A DNA stretch of 64,000 nt from Batkoa obscura (taxonomy: Eukaryota), in the NCBI GenBank assembly GCA_030770535.1, contig JASVEC010000001.1, forward strand, positions 1,178,001-1,242,000, given 5' to 3'. Shown here one piece after another: positions 36,757-49,857 of this stretch (the stretch's first letter is position 1; every line of letters starts with the position of its first letter). The notes beneath the pieces were generated by a model. That model worked only from the letters and a program-made list of their open reading frames with translations. It ran no database searches and was not told the DNA's origin. The position numbers were made by a program, and so were the translations under genes.

Positions 36757-38603
36757 AAATTATTTATAAAATCATAAGATTTACTCTCGTTCGCTTGTCC
36801 CCTTCCCTCCCATCGTTTCCGATTTAGATTTATTTTATAATAAATTACCTTAATTTTTTAATACTGGCTTTGTTATTTTGTTTAGTATAGAAATGAAGTT
36901 TTATAAGTATAATTTTTAAAAGTGGGGTTGATTTAAATATAGCAATAACAAAGTTATTGTAGTATTGGATATTATAATTGATATTGTAATTAGTATTATA
37001 ATCGATATTTGTCAAAGTGATAATTGCTTTAAAAAAATTTTAAAATTAGTACATGGGCGTTTAATGGCCTAAAAAGATTTTAGATTGGTTTGATAAAATA
37101 TAGAGTAATTTAAAAACAATATAATCACATTAATAATATTACTGCTAAGCTTAAAAACTTGTTTATGACCTAGTTATCTATACCAAACTATCTTATTAAA
37201 TGATTTAAATTATATTGACCAAGCATTTACTGTACCTATTTAGAAACTTTTAACTCACTTATTTCTATGGAATAAATACTTTGATTATTCCACATACAGT
37301 GATTTCGTTATTAATTCTCCACATTAATTTTTACAATTTTCCTTAATATACATGCTTAGACTTGGTAAAATAACTGTTGTATTATATTAAACCCTTAGAA
37401 GATGATTACAAAGAATTACTCAGTGGATAGTTATTATGTTCTTTCCACTATAAGCTATCTTCGTTACATCTAATGATAGTATTTAAAAATAACATAAAAT
37501 AGCTAAATTATACTTTATAAAGATGCTAAACTACCTGATAAAGATTTAGGAATAACCTGAGGTTTGTTGATAAATTTGTCCAATCTACGGAAATATAATT
37601 TAATGTCATAAAAAAGTTACTTAATTTTAAATAGAAATTAAGAATTGTACTTTTAACTAATATATATATTATGTTTTACTAGTTTTAATATCAGCTTTAT
37701 GGCTCACATAGAAATCCAAATGCTATTATACTTCGGTTGAAAGTGATTTGATTGCACCACTATAATATATAAATATTTCTATCTACAAAAGGTCTGGGCT
37801 ACCTTTCGACATTTATATTTAATCTTAAATTTCTTGAGCTTTTGGGAATAAAATTTCACAAAAAAGTTGATCCGCTTTCACATCACATGCTTCTTAAATA
37901 TTTTTATATAACTTTTATATTTTTTTAAAAATCAAGATGATTTTTACATTTTTAAAAAAAATATTAATTTACAAATACCTTGTTGTCTAGGATAAAGAAT
38001 CTTTTTAGGCCATTAGAGGTCTCAATATTATTGTTAAAGTTGTATAGTTCTTTTTAAATGCCCAATCCTCTTTAATCATCCTATTCAAACTAATAGGCAT
38101 TTACTCAATAAGATTCAGCATTTCTTCAAATATATAAATATAAATTAATATTGGTATTTTATATTATTTTGGAAATATTAAATTACAGCTTTATTATTAC
38201 ATGTCACCTTAAAATATGCTTTGATGGCTGGCGAACATTTCTTAATATATTATAACAACTTATTTAAAAATAGAATCAAAATGGCTTATTTTATATTGGA
38301 TTGCAGAGGTATAGTATTGCACCGTACATATCAATGAGTTTTTTTTGAGAAAAGCTTTAAATGTGGTTTTATTATAGCAACAGCTTATGATAAAGCTTTA
38401 CATATATCTATTATTAATTTTAAATGATGATTTTATTTTTCTATACAAAAATATTGTATATTTATATAATTACATTTTTATAATATCATTAAATATTAAA
38501 TATAAGTTCATTTACTAAATAATTAATTGTTTTTATTAGAAAATACTAACATAAATCAAAATAAATTGGATTTGTCATATTGATATTAAATGATAGAGTT
38601 GGA

Positions 38604-39825
38604 TTATGCTGAATGCTCAAATTCTTCCTTATTAAATTCACCTGGATTAGCAGACCACCTAGAATTCTTAACGTCTGAATCTAGGCCTTTTTCGAATGGC
38701 TCTGAATATCTTTTTAATAATTGTAGCTTAATTTGGTACTTTAAATTATTTAAATAAGGATCTATGTTGTTTGCTAAATCCTTTAAGTTCGAATTAAGTG
38801 GACTTGCCTCTAAACTTTTTGGGTTCAATAAATTTAGCCTTTGATCTAAAAGTATGGTTGGAACATCGGATTCTGGCCTCATTTTTTCGTTTGTTTTATT
38901 AATACTTGTTTCGATATCCATATTTGGCTTCAAGTAAATATTATTACCACTATCATTAGTATCAATAACTGACTTTGGGGTTGTGGCTGAAGCTAACTTG
39001 AGCTTATTCAGCTTTTCACTCTCCCTTTCAGTTTCCCTACTATTGAACGCTGAAGGATTTAAATCCCAACTAGAGTTATTAAATGCTGGGCTTAAATACC
39101 ATATTAAAATTAATGAAATTAATATAATTGAAAATATTAAATGAATTCCATATAATAACAAAATCGATATTAAAAGAGGTTTATCTTCGATTACACCATC
39201 GACTAAAATTTTCAACGTTTCATCACGGGATTGATAGACTAATAAAGTAACATGAAAGGCAGTCCATGATTCCCATAGTATAATCAAGAAAGCAAGCTAT
39301 TAAAGTGAGATTAGTAAACTAAACTACTGGTTATTAATTAATATTACAATTCCTAAATATTTTCTACCATTACTATTTGATGATAAAGTGCCAAAAATAG
39401 TTTTTGGAATAAATAAAATAGCAATAGCTATGCTTGATATATATGTTTGTTTGACTAAATGTATGATGAATAATGCCAAGTTAACCGCCTAAATAAGTTA
39501 AATAAGTTAATAAAATATTTAAAACAAAGAAAATAATGCCCACTGTTTGAGCCAAAATGAGAGATTTTAAGCATAAAAATAGCCTACGCTCTGTCCTGTT
39601 GTTAGATGTAAGAAACTCGGACCAATAGCTAGCGCGAAGTCTTGTTACATTACTTCTAGGCCTTGTATATGGGAATATGGGTTGATCATTTAAATCCTTA
39701 GCATTTATATCGCTTACTTTATTGTTGTTGCTAAATGAATTGTCCACATTTATAGCGCACTCTTTACACTTTTCATCACTTAGTTTACAGCTACATTCAT
39801 TTAAACCATTAATATTAAACTTCAT
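38604..39825 (-). CDS. Uncharacterised membrane protein with about four TM helices (3 exons)
   Basis: ORFs 39481-39825 and 38604-39287 are joined by two GT-AG introns and an in-frame hydrophobic middle exon (AVNLALFIIHLV...GRKYLGI). Confidence 0.7.
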
Positions 39826-40058
39826 TGTTGGTGATAATTAGCTTGTGATCTAAATATAATAAAAAAAGATTCAAACTATTTCAATCCTCATTATTGCTAT
39901 GTTTTATATAGTTTATATTGTTTTTTATTTTCCGAACAACTTTTGTTACCGTTATTAGTTAAGTTTGTTGATACCATTTCCTTTCATGTTAAGTTAAAAT
40001 TTGGCCAATGATGCATAAAGTTTCTTTTTATTTGATAGAATTATTTGTTAGCTACTTA

Positions 40059-40523
40059 CAGTCACTAAAGTGGGAAAGTGGATGTTGCAGGTTTATTTCA
40101 GCAAATTTGTTTTTCAAAGCTGCAAAAAAAATTTAAAATTTGATAAGTTTGAATAGGTTTGCACTAGAGTTTGTAAGCAAAGGCACTTTTTAATTGTATA
40201 ATAAATTCTACTAAGGAATTAGCACCAAATTAAAATTTATAAACACAAAAGCTTATTGAAATAAAACCTTTGAATTAGAGCAAAAAAAGAAAACATTAGT
40301 ATTCATAATTTTGGTCAAATAATATTATATTAAAACTAGCTAATTAAAACTTTTATACCAGACTTGGTATAAAAATAAGTTTAAAGATAGTTTAATAAAC
40401 TATGCTATCATTTAAATATGTTAAAAATTCTTAATTAAATTTGATAATAGTTATTTAGTGCAAATTTTCTACTGATTGATGCTGAGACAAACTTGAAACA
40501 TCCATTTCCCACTTTAGTAATTG
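40059..40523. mobile_element. Non-autonomous Tc1/mariner-like element (465 bp) with TA target duplication
   Basis: TA|CAGTCACTAAAGTGGGAAAGTGGATGTT ... AACATCCATTTCCCACTTTAGTAATTG|TA; imperfect TIRs of about 45 bp. Confidence 0.75.
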
Positions 40524-40716
40524 TATTTTTGGAATATTGTAAGCCTAGGTTTTTTATACATATAAATGTTATTTTACAAAAATCTTTAAACTTATGATAT
40601 TAAGACTTAAATACTGACTTCTTGTCTTAAGTTGAGTGTACTTTTATAACTGTTGGATGTTAATTATGGTAGATGCCATTCACAGTTTTGGAATATATAA
40701 CTCTTGTTTTTATATA

Positions 40717-40900
40717 CGGTATTTTTAACACATTATGATTATTGCAAGGAATTTTTTTGAACAAACTGAAGTGAAAAAGAAGAATTTCCGCTATGATATT
40801 TTGAATTTTGATCACTTTTGTATAAAATTATATTCAATTTCCCCACATCAATTTGTTTAAATCTTTTTTTACTATAGCCGCGATGTGTTAAAAAATACTG
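40717..40900. mobile_element. Degenerate Tc1/mariner-like MITE (184 bp) with TA target duplication
   Basis: TA|CGGTATTTTTAACACAT ... ATGTGTTAAAAAATACTG|TA, with weaker inverted similarity extending about 60 bp. Confidence 0.65.
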
Positions 40901-42128
40901 TAAAAATAAGATTATAATTTTATTTCTACAGTATTATTCAATTTTCTTTTACCAAAATTTTCATATCTGCCTTAATGCTTAAGAAAGAAAAATAATAAAT
41001 AAAACTTTAAAATATTTCTTGTTTAAATTTATATTGTTGAAAAGATAAATGCGTCGTAACATAGACAAACGGTGCAAAAAGCGGAAATTTACATGAATAG
41101 AATAGAATAATAGCGCCAAGTAAAAATCTAAGCCATGGGTACTTTTATGTTTGAAGATAAAATTCTCACTCCACTTAATCAATTTAAGGGTGTATAATAT
41201 GTATGTTAAACATATTAAATTTTTTAAAAGGGTTTCCATTGAAACAGCAATTGCTTTTAAATTAAAGTGTAAGCATACTTAAAAAGAGTTTTAATGCACC
41301 ATTATTTATATTGAATCCATAAAATCTGATAATATGCCCCAGTTTATAATGCTAATTTTAAGTAAATTTTAATAATGAATAAATTATAAATAACATAAAT
41401 TTTCTGGAGACAATCGGTGTATACAGTTCAAAACCAAACTGTTGTTTTATTAAGTTTTAATCTAGTGTTAAGTCAAAGTTAAATGATATAGCGAATTCTC
41501 TTTGTATTTAGTTATTCGGTAGTATATGTACAATAGACTCTTTTTAGCTCTCTTGACATTTACAAAACAAAAATTTATATTCTATAAATAATTGTAAGTT
41601 TTGTTAACTTATTCATAGCTACAAGTTTATGCAAGATGTTATAAATTATTATTGAGATCACAAATAATAGAGCCGTTTTGCTAATTTTAGAATGGTAGTA
41701 ATGGAATTGGATGTCGAATTAAAAAATAATCAACCGAATAAAGTCATAAAAGTTTTTTTTACCAGGAATAATATTGTCAAGTGACCAGGATGTTATTTTT
41801 AAACTGGTTATGGTTAATCCAACTTCATCAAATTAACAAAAGTAAATGGAAGTTCAACACAAATCATTGGGTTATATCGGAAGAACCTTACTCTATTTTA
41901 TATAATTCTTGGAAATAATACTTCGAAAACTTAAAGAATATTAAAATGATAAAATATTAAATTTGAATATTGATTATAGCGTGTACAATGGTCAAGAAAT
42001 GAATGAAATACAAAGTCAAAACAATATCAGATTCCACGTGGGTAAGATTCTACAAAACTAAAGACATGGAAGTAATGAATGATTAATATTAAAATAATTT
42101 ATTAAACAAAGTACAAATATAAATTTTT

Positions 42129-42710
42129 TTATAGGGTCCTTAATAAGTATTCACCCAAATATTGCATAACGAATATACCATTAAAATAAGACTCATCTCT
42201 TGATTTCTTCGGTATACTTTCCATTAACTCCAGTGCTTTTGAGTAATAATTTATACTTATTTCTGATTTTGGACCATAGGTATTGCCTATAATTGAGGCA
42301 CTTGCACAAATGGCAAAAAATAAAAAGGTTTCAGATAATGAAGGGTGGCTTGAATATATTTTATAAATAGCACTGTCCTCAATGTGGACACTTAGATATG
42401 GACTTACTCTACGCTTAAACTCTACTATCAGTTTAGCTTCAGCATTAATTTGGTTTGATTCTTTCTTTAAGTCATCATTATATCCGTCTAAACGTAAATG
42501 GGAAGACCCATCAAAAGTAAACGTATCAATGTCCAAATCAGATAAAGAATCGCTGCTACTTAATAGAGGGGTTGGGAAATGCTCTTTTGGTTCCGACTTA
42601 ATCCATTTAGAAGCCTCTTGATTAAACGATAATCCTTCTAAGAGGTAATTATCTTTATTAGCGTCGACTGCAAAGATATTATTTGTATAGTTAAAACAAG
42701 CGAAAGACAT
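42129..42710 (-). CDS. Second Zn-cluster-less paralogue of the 6143 transcription factor
   Basis: PSLSETFLFFAICASA...NYYSKALELM...RDESYFNGIFVMQYLGEYL matches the C-terminal domain of the 6143 product. Confidence 0.8.
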   Translation of the reverse strand: MSFACFNYTNNIFAVDANKDNYLLEGLSFNQEASKWIKSEPKEHFPTPLLSSSDSLSDLDIDTFTFDGSSHLRLDGYNDDLKKESNQINAEAKLIVEFKRRVSPYLSVHIEDSAIYKIYSSHPSLSETFLFFAICASASIIGNTYGPKSEISINYYSKALELMESIPKKSRDESYFNGIFVMQYLGEYLLRTL

Positions 42711-43628
42711 TATATGTAAGTATTATTAGTTGGTATTATATTTAGAATAAAAAAATAAATATTTTGAAAATGGAGAGGTGAAAAAGCAAAAAAGCTATTT
42801 TATTTCGATTTCAATTTTTAGTTTATATATTTTTTCCCTCCTTTTCAATGGCACTTTCTATTTTTACTTAATTAATTTTTTAAGAACCGGTTTGTTTTGT
42901 ACGCAAAATCAGATGCTCAATTAGAAGATTGAATTTGTTATCTTTAAGTTAAAAAAGGAAATTTCAGTAGTATTTAATTTATTAAATGTACATTAGTATT
43001 AATTTATCCAACATAAAAATTATATTAATAAATTAAACTACTACAATATAACATTAATAAAACATTCAAGATTTTTTAATAAATGATATTCAATTAATAC
43101 AAATTCAATTAATTAATAATAGTATATGATCAATATGTACATATATTAATATTTGATCATTGTTTTTAGCATGTAATATAGTTAAATATGTTTGGAACCA
43201 CTTAAATTCAAACATTATTTAACTCGGAGGAATTATTGCATTTTCAAAATTACTCCATAGCATCACTTCAAAAGTAAGCTAAAAAGTCAACTAAAGCCCA
43301 ATATAATATATTAAAAGCAGAACATAATTGTTAGTTACCAAAGAAACGGTAGTCTCTGTTATTTTAGTAGTCTAAAATAGGAACATTCAATAAGAATATA
43401 ATCAGAATAAGGTAGCAATTTTAGAACGTTATCTTGTTAAACAAATTTAATGCAATATTTTACATACATGAAATAATATAAAAGCAGTAAAATAAATATT
43501 TAAGAATAACTTTCTAGATTATTTAGATATTACTAGTTAAAATAAAAAATAACACATATATATTGAAAATCCAAATTTTGTATTTTAATTGCAAAAAAAT
43601 AACCAAAGATACTATAAATCTAATGAAT

Positions 43629-43735
43629 ATATGGGGGTGTATTTTTTTGTTTAAGAATTTTACTAACAATCTTTCCGCTCAAATAGTGCTTAAAAAATGG
43701 AAAAAATAATGAAACCAAAAAAAATACCCCCATGT
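43629..43735 (-). mobile_element. MITE family 1 copy
   Basis: Reverse-orientation match. Confidence 0.85.
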
Positions 43736-44137
43736 GTCATTAAATAAAATAAAATGAAAAATAGTTAAAGACTATATTACATTGTCAGCACTAAGATATT
43801 TGATTTGAACTATATTGAAAACTAAATGTTTGATTAACTAATATTAATATTAATAATAGCCTAGCTTGAAGCATTAAAGTAATAAAGGTAATCAAATAGT
43901 TTTGAAAAATATTTATTCATTTTATTTAGCTTATATAAAAACGCTAATTTTATAGTTTAATCGGTATCTTTCTGATTAAATTAGATCAATTATTATATTA
44001 TACCATATCTTCTACCATGTTTAATTATTTTAAAGAAAAATTCAAAGTTCGAACATATTTAATTATTTAATAGACGATTTCAAAGTATAAAATTATACTA
44101 CGTTTTAAGTTATTTATACTTTTAAATTCAGATTTAA

Positions 44138-44243
44138 GTATGGGGGTGTTTTTTTGATTTTATCACTTTTTCCATTTTTTAAGCGTTATTTGAGTGGAAA
44201 GACTATCAGTAAAATTCTTAAACAAAAAAATACATCCCCATAT
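44138..44243 (+). mobile_element. MITE family 1 copy
   Basis: Consensus match. Confidence 0.85.
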
Positions 44244-44800
44244 GGCGCTTTATAATAAAAATAAGCATTTTAATGAGAGGTTACTATTTCTATTAGTATC
44301 AGTTTTTGTAATATATTATTGTTAACTATAGAATTAATTGAAGTAAAATAAAAAAATCCTTTTTTGAAAAATAGCATATGCTTTAAAAATAAGCTTTTAA
44401 TAACCAACAGAGCACTTAAGTGCCCTTTGATATATTTAACATGTACTAAAAAATATAATAATAAACTTCACAAAATAAATTTAAAAGGTTTATTTTTATT
44501 TTTAACATTCCAATAATACGTTTAACCAACTTGCCTCTGTTGTAGCTAAGTATAATTTTAAATTAAGTTTTAATCTAAATATATATACATTTTTGTTAGA
44601 TCTTCTTTTAGAGTATGGAATTGGAGATCTTTATAAAGTGTGTATCATTGGAGTCACTATAGTTGTAATTATTTTTCTAATAGTAGACAGAGAGAAGATT
44701 TTGATGTTTTAAAAACTTGTGAAAACTTCTTTACAATTAGATACCACTTGTTATATTGCATGTGTTGTTATTGTAGGGGAAAATGAAATACTATGTTGTT

Positions 44801-45082
44801 ATATAAATATGTTTTTTACCAATTGTCCTTTTTTGATATTTTTTAAAATTTAGAAATTGATTAACCAGTACGCTGTTTAAGCTTGGATGTTGTGCTGGCT
44901 AACTGTTCATTATAAAATAAACATTGAACTAACAAGCCTCAATTAGCATGGTAGAGAAAATAATTAGTTATAAAATTCATCATTTGCTAACGCACATTCG
45001 AACTTAAACAGCGTACTGGTTAATCAATTTCTAAATTTTAAAAATAGCAAAAAAGAGTAATAGGTAAAAAACATTCCCATAT
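44801..45082. mobile_element. ~280-bp foldback element with ~80-bp TIRs and family-1-like termini
   Basis: Perfect 42-bp inverted core (44840-44881 vs 45003-45044); right end AAAAAACATTCCC|ATAT. Confidence 0.8.
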
Positions 45083-45501
45083 ACTGTCATTATTTATATA
45101 TAGTACCAGTGTGTAATGGTTGTAAAAATTGTAGGCTCAAAGTATATCTCTTCCCTTAATTTAACTCCAAACGTAAGCTTATATCGAGCTAAAGTAGTCA
45201 GCTCATTTCTTTTACTTATGGTTGGTCTTCTTGATATATTTCTATCATTAATATCACAATTAGATTCAATGGATGAGTTAGATTATGAATAGCTTCAATT
45301 CTAGTTTCATGTTTATCATTTTAAATTATATGATATATCACAAGTCATCTTTCTATTATTATATTGTATTAAAAAATAAATTATTGATTTTCTATATTTA
45401 AGTTTTTACTAATAACAAAATTAAACTTGAGTCTTGATTGTTAGTTTATTAAGCTTTGTCTATTATTAGTGATTGTAACCTGATTCTATTTAATATGTAA
45501 C

Positions 45502-45609
45502 ATATAGGGATGTATTTTTTTGTTTAAGAATTTTACTAGCAATTTTTCCACTCAAATAGTACTTAAGAAACGGAAAAAGTGACAAAACAAAAAAAAAACA
45601 CCCCCATAT
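45502..45609 (-). mobile_element. MITE family 1 copy
   Basis: Reverse-orientation match; ATAT flanks. Confidence 0.85.
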
Positions 45610-45988
45610 GGACATGCTTTTTAGACCATTTAGCTAGTACCTTTTTTCATTTTAAGCTTAAAAAGTGCACAAATATTTAAAAGAAGGAATCGTGTGTAAT
45701 TCTTAATTTTGATTTATTATTATTCACCTATCTTTAGTTAGATGACAAAGTATAAAAGATTTGGAGAATCTCCTATTACCTTTTTTTTATTAATATTAAA
45801 AGATTATTGTAATTTAGGCAATCTCTTTGAGTACTAATACCATCACTTACCCAGATATACGCTATACCAATTCGAAATTTTGGGTAAAAAAAAGTGGAAC
45901 TATGATTGGTTGATTTGCATCAATTCGAAAATTAAACAAAAAAGAGAGCTTTTATTAAACAATCTCTTTTAAAAGTTCAACAAACAAG

Positions 45989-48301
45989 ATGGCCGAAAAA
46001 GTACAAGAGAGATTGGAAGCTATGCTTCCAGAATTAGAAGATCTTAAATCCAAAAGTTTATTTAATGAAAAAGAGATTGCTCAAATAGTAAAAAAGAGAA
46101 CCAGTTTAGAATATTCCGTATCTAGAAGGATAGCTAAAAAAGCTGATTATATTCGGTATATAGAGTATGAAATGAACTTAGAAAAACTTCGTGTAAAAAG
46201 AAAATCTCGTTTTAGTAAAAGTAAGTTTATAATAGTACTTTATTAATTTTATTAATTTTATTTTTTCTAGATAAGAAAACTACTTTAAGTGATTATGCTG
46301 GGGTACGAAGGATTTACAATTTATTTGAAAGGGGACTATTGAAATTTAAAGGGGATTTAAAACTATGGTTACAATATATTGATTTTGCAGAATCCCAGAA
46401 TTCGAGTAAAGTAGTATCAAAAGCTTATGGTAAAGCAATTAAGTTATTGCCAGGTGCAGAGATATTATGGATTCAAGCAGCCAATTTTGAGTTTTCAAAA
46501 AACTTAAATATGGAAGCAGCACGTGTATTAATGCAAAGAGGAATTAGGTTAAATTTAAATAACAAAATATTGTATTTGGAGTTTTTTCGATTGGAATTAA
46601 AATTCATTGAAAAATTAAAGTTAAGAAAAGAAATTTTATTAAAGGATAAAGCCGAAGCTCATTCTGTTGAAGTCGATAATTTAGATCAAGAAAATCAAGA
46701 AGGATTAGAAATGGAAGGAAAAATCAATGCTTCTTTAGAAAAGGAGGATCCATTACTTCAAGGTGCTATTCCAAAAATTATTTATAATAATACAGTACAA
46801 AAGTTTCCAATTGATTTCGAGTTACGTGCTAGATTTTTAGATATTTTAGACGGTTTTAGTCCAATTGTAGAATTACATAGTTATATCTATAATTCCATTT
46901 TAACTGATTTTGCGGATGATGATAGAGCTAAGGATCTCATTTTCAAGAGAGATATGCTTCATTTAAATGAAAACTCTGCTGAATTCGTTGATAAACTTTC
47001 AGCATGTATTGAAAAATATGAACAAGCATTAAGTGCTAAAAATAGTCCACTATTACTTTCATTATTTGTCCAATTTTTATTTAATTACTATCAAAGTATT
47101 AAGGAAGCTAATTTGGTAAAATTAATATTATAATCCACAAAAACAAGCTGACTTTTTTTAGAAAACCTTCTTTAGCCTCAAATTAAAAAAAGTATTAAAG
47201 GAGGGGTTAACTCAATCTCAAAACGATAGTTATTTGTTGACAAAAGAGTTTTATTTTGTATATTTAAACTTTATTCAAGATTGTATTAAAAGCGATAGGC
47301 TTTGTAAGTAAACTGTAAATATATAATCATTAATTTAACTTTTTGTTTTCTAGTATCTCAAGTAGCCACCGAGGCATGTAAGAAATACCCTAATATTGTT
47401 GAGTTTTGGTTAGTTAAATTACAAACTATTCCAGAGAAAGGTAACCATTTTATTTATTTATTAAATTTTGTTAATAGTATTAGATCTTAATAAAATAAAT
47501 ACTATCTTATCGGAGGCTATAATTTACAATCCAATATCTAATAATTTATGGGAAAAGTATATAAATATTACGCTTAAATCAATTGAAAATAATACGTCTG
47601 ATAAATATGAAGGAAGTATTAAACCAGATTTTAATAAGCAAGAATTAATCTTTTTGGTAAGATAAATATAAATGGATATTTAAATATGTTAATGATTGTG
47701 ATAGAATTCATTATATAAAATAGAGTCTGTTCATTCAAACAATGAAGTGGAAGCTGAAGAACGTAAATCATGTCGAGAATTTATTCATAGTAATATGCTG
47801 AAATGGGCATTTGATATAAAAGGAATAGATTATGTTAGAGAATTAGCAGAGAGGTAAATTAAATATAAAACTAGTTTATTTATTTGCTAAAAAACATTTA
47901 ATAGGATTTCTAAAAAGGTTCCATTAAGTGTAGTCTTTTATAAAGAATGGATTCAACTTGAATTAAAAGATTATGAACAAAATATTCATGGAGATAAATC
48001 AGGACCAAAGAGTGAAGAAATGTATCAAAGTTTTAAGAGTTTATTTGATAAAAGAATATTACAAGTAGCCAATAGTAAATTTGATAAGATAAAGATACTT
48101 TATGAAAAATTATTACGATTAGATTCAAATGATATTGAACTTTGGTTAGATTATTTAGCATTTTTAAATCATGCTGCTCCTTCCCATCATGCTTCCACTC
48201 TCCTTTTAAAAGCTAAACAAACCCTTTCTAAAGAGCTTTATTTCGCTTTGGAGCAGGAATATAAGGCTTTTATTACTTTAAAAAAGGATCAAGAGTTATA
48301 A
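45989..48301 (+). CDS. UTP6: U3 snoRNA-associated protein 6, multi-exon
   Basis: MAEKVQERLEAMLPELEDL, DYIRYIEYEMNLEKLR, KFKGDLKLWLQYIDF and ARVLMQRGIRLN. Confidence 0.93.
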
Positions 48302-48521
48302 GCTGATAGCGTTCGCTTTTCCTCTTTTATAGATTTTATTAATAGAATTCTTTAAATTAAAATTATAATATGTTATTTTCATTTTATTGTTTTTTTAATA
48401 TATAATTCAATTTTTTGTATAACAAATTTAATAAAAGTAGTGATATTATTGCTCATTTTTAAATGCAAAATTTAATTTATTAAACTCAAATTCAAAACTT
48501 CAACTTAATCACTTTTTTTAA

Positions 48522-49247
48522 ATGTCTGACGAAATCAAAGGAATTGAAACAGTTGAAGAGATAACTATATCACAGCCAAGTAAAGAACGAGAAGCTATAA
48601 AATTTGATCCAAAAGATATATCAGTATTAGAGATATTATTAACATTTACTGAACTTCAAGGGTTACGTGTTGAGTGGTTTAAATCGTTAAATAAGTAAGT
48701 TGAAACTCAATAGTAAGGAAAAAGGAATAATAATAATAATAATTATATATAGTTATTTTAAATCGTACACCGAGAACAAAATCTCGGTTGAAGAATATAA
48801 ATCCAAAAATGAAGTACTTAAAGAAGAGCAAAAAAAATTTACTCATCATTGTTTAGCTTTGATCAATAACTTGAAAGATGAAGCTAGCTATAAACGACCG
48901 GACTTAGCGGATAAACTAGAGAATATTTTAAAGTTGGAAAAGTCATTGTTAGAAACAGTGAGTTTGATTTATATACTTGATTGTTTTTATTATTATTAAG
49001 TAAATTAATATATTTACAATCAATAGACAGCTGAATTACAAACCGCTACTGTTTTAGACGCTACTGAAGGCAGAGATTATTCTGAAGATAAAATAAGGTT
49101 AAATGAAAAGTAAGTGGATTATCAATTGTTGATTGTTTTTTACCTAATATTGTTATATTTAATTTTAGAGTGGAAGAGCTAAGAAAAGAAATATCCGAAG
49201 CTATGTTTGAACTTCATGAAGACATGGCAGATTTATACGAAGAATAG
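48522..49247 (+). CDS. REX1-B-like coiled-coil protein (4 exons)
   Basis: Spliced product: LLTFTELQGLRVEWF..YFKSY..LADKLENILKLEKSLLETTAELQ..LRKEISEAMFELHEDM. It resembles the REX1-B/REX1BD pattern; the family call is from memory. Confidence 0.6.
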
Positions 49248-49750
49248 ATAAGATCAAAACGAAAATAAATTGATTTTTAATAAGTTTAATTAGTAAAGGA
49301 GTTGTATTGTATCCTTTTTTGAGTTTCTATTCTAGTATAATTTATATTATTAAATATTTGGATATGTTTATATGATTTTAAATCTACTTTTTTATTTTAA
49401 CTGTATTTATACAAAGATATATAAAATTTAAATAAAAATTAAAGTTTTGAAGATATTTATTTATTTATTTATTTATAATTTATTAACTATAGATTGATTA
49501 AATAATATTAAATAATCAAAATCAAAAAATATACAATATTTTAACCAAATTTTCATGTTTTTTAAAAATAGGTCCGTTTCAGCCTAAACGCTAGATAGGG
49601 GCATGTTTTTTATATAGAAAATAAACGAAGAGTTTTGTCAATATTTTAAGTCATAAAAAGTGAATAAAATATCGCAACAAAAAGACAATCCATACCAGTT
49701 AAAAAAAGTTAACGTTCTTCAATAAGAATAATAAAGTATAAATGGACAAT

Positions 49751-49857
49751 AGATGAGGGTATTTTTTTTGGCTTCATCACTTTTTCCATCTTTTAAGCAC
49801 TATTTGAGCGAAAAAATTGTTAATAAAATTCTTGAACATAAAAATACATCCCCAAAG
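49751..49857 (+). mobile_element. MITE family 1 copy
   Basis: Consensus match; flanks not duplicated. Confidence 0.85.

Noticed and set aside
40979..41239. 86-aa minus-strand ORF
   Set aside because: F/L/I/K/Y-rich composition typical of translated AT-rich non-coding DNA; no motif.
45090..45290. Stop-free minus-strand stretch, possible pseudogene fragment
   Set aside because: No start codon and no recognisable homology.
49595..49695. Possible very old family-1 copy (ATAGGGGCATGTTTTTT...)
   Set aside because: Only one end resembles the consensus; the interior does not align.
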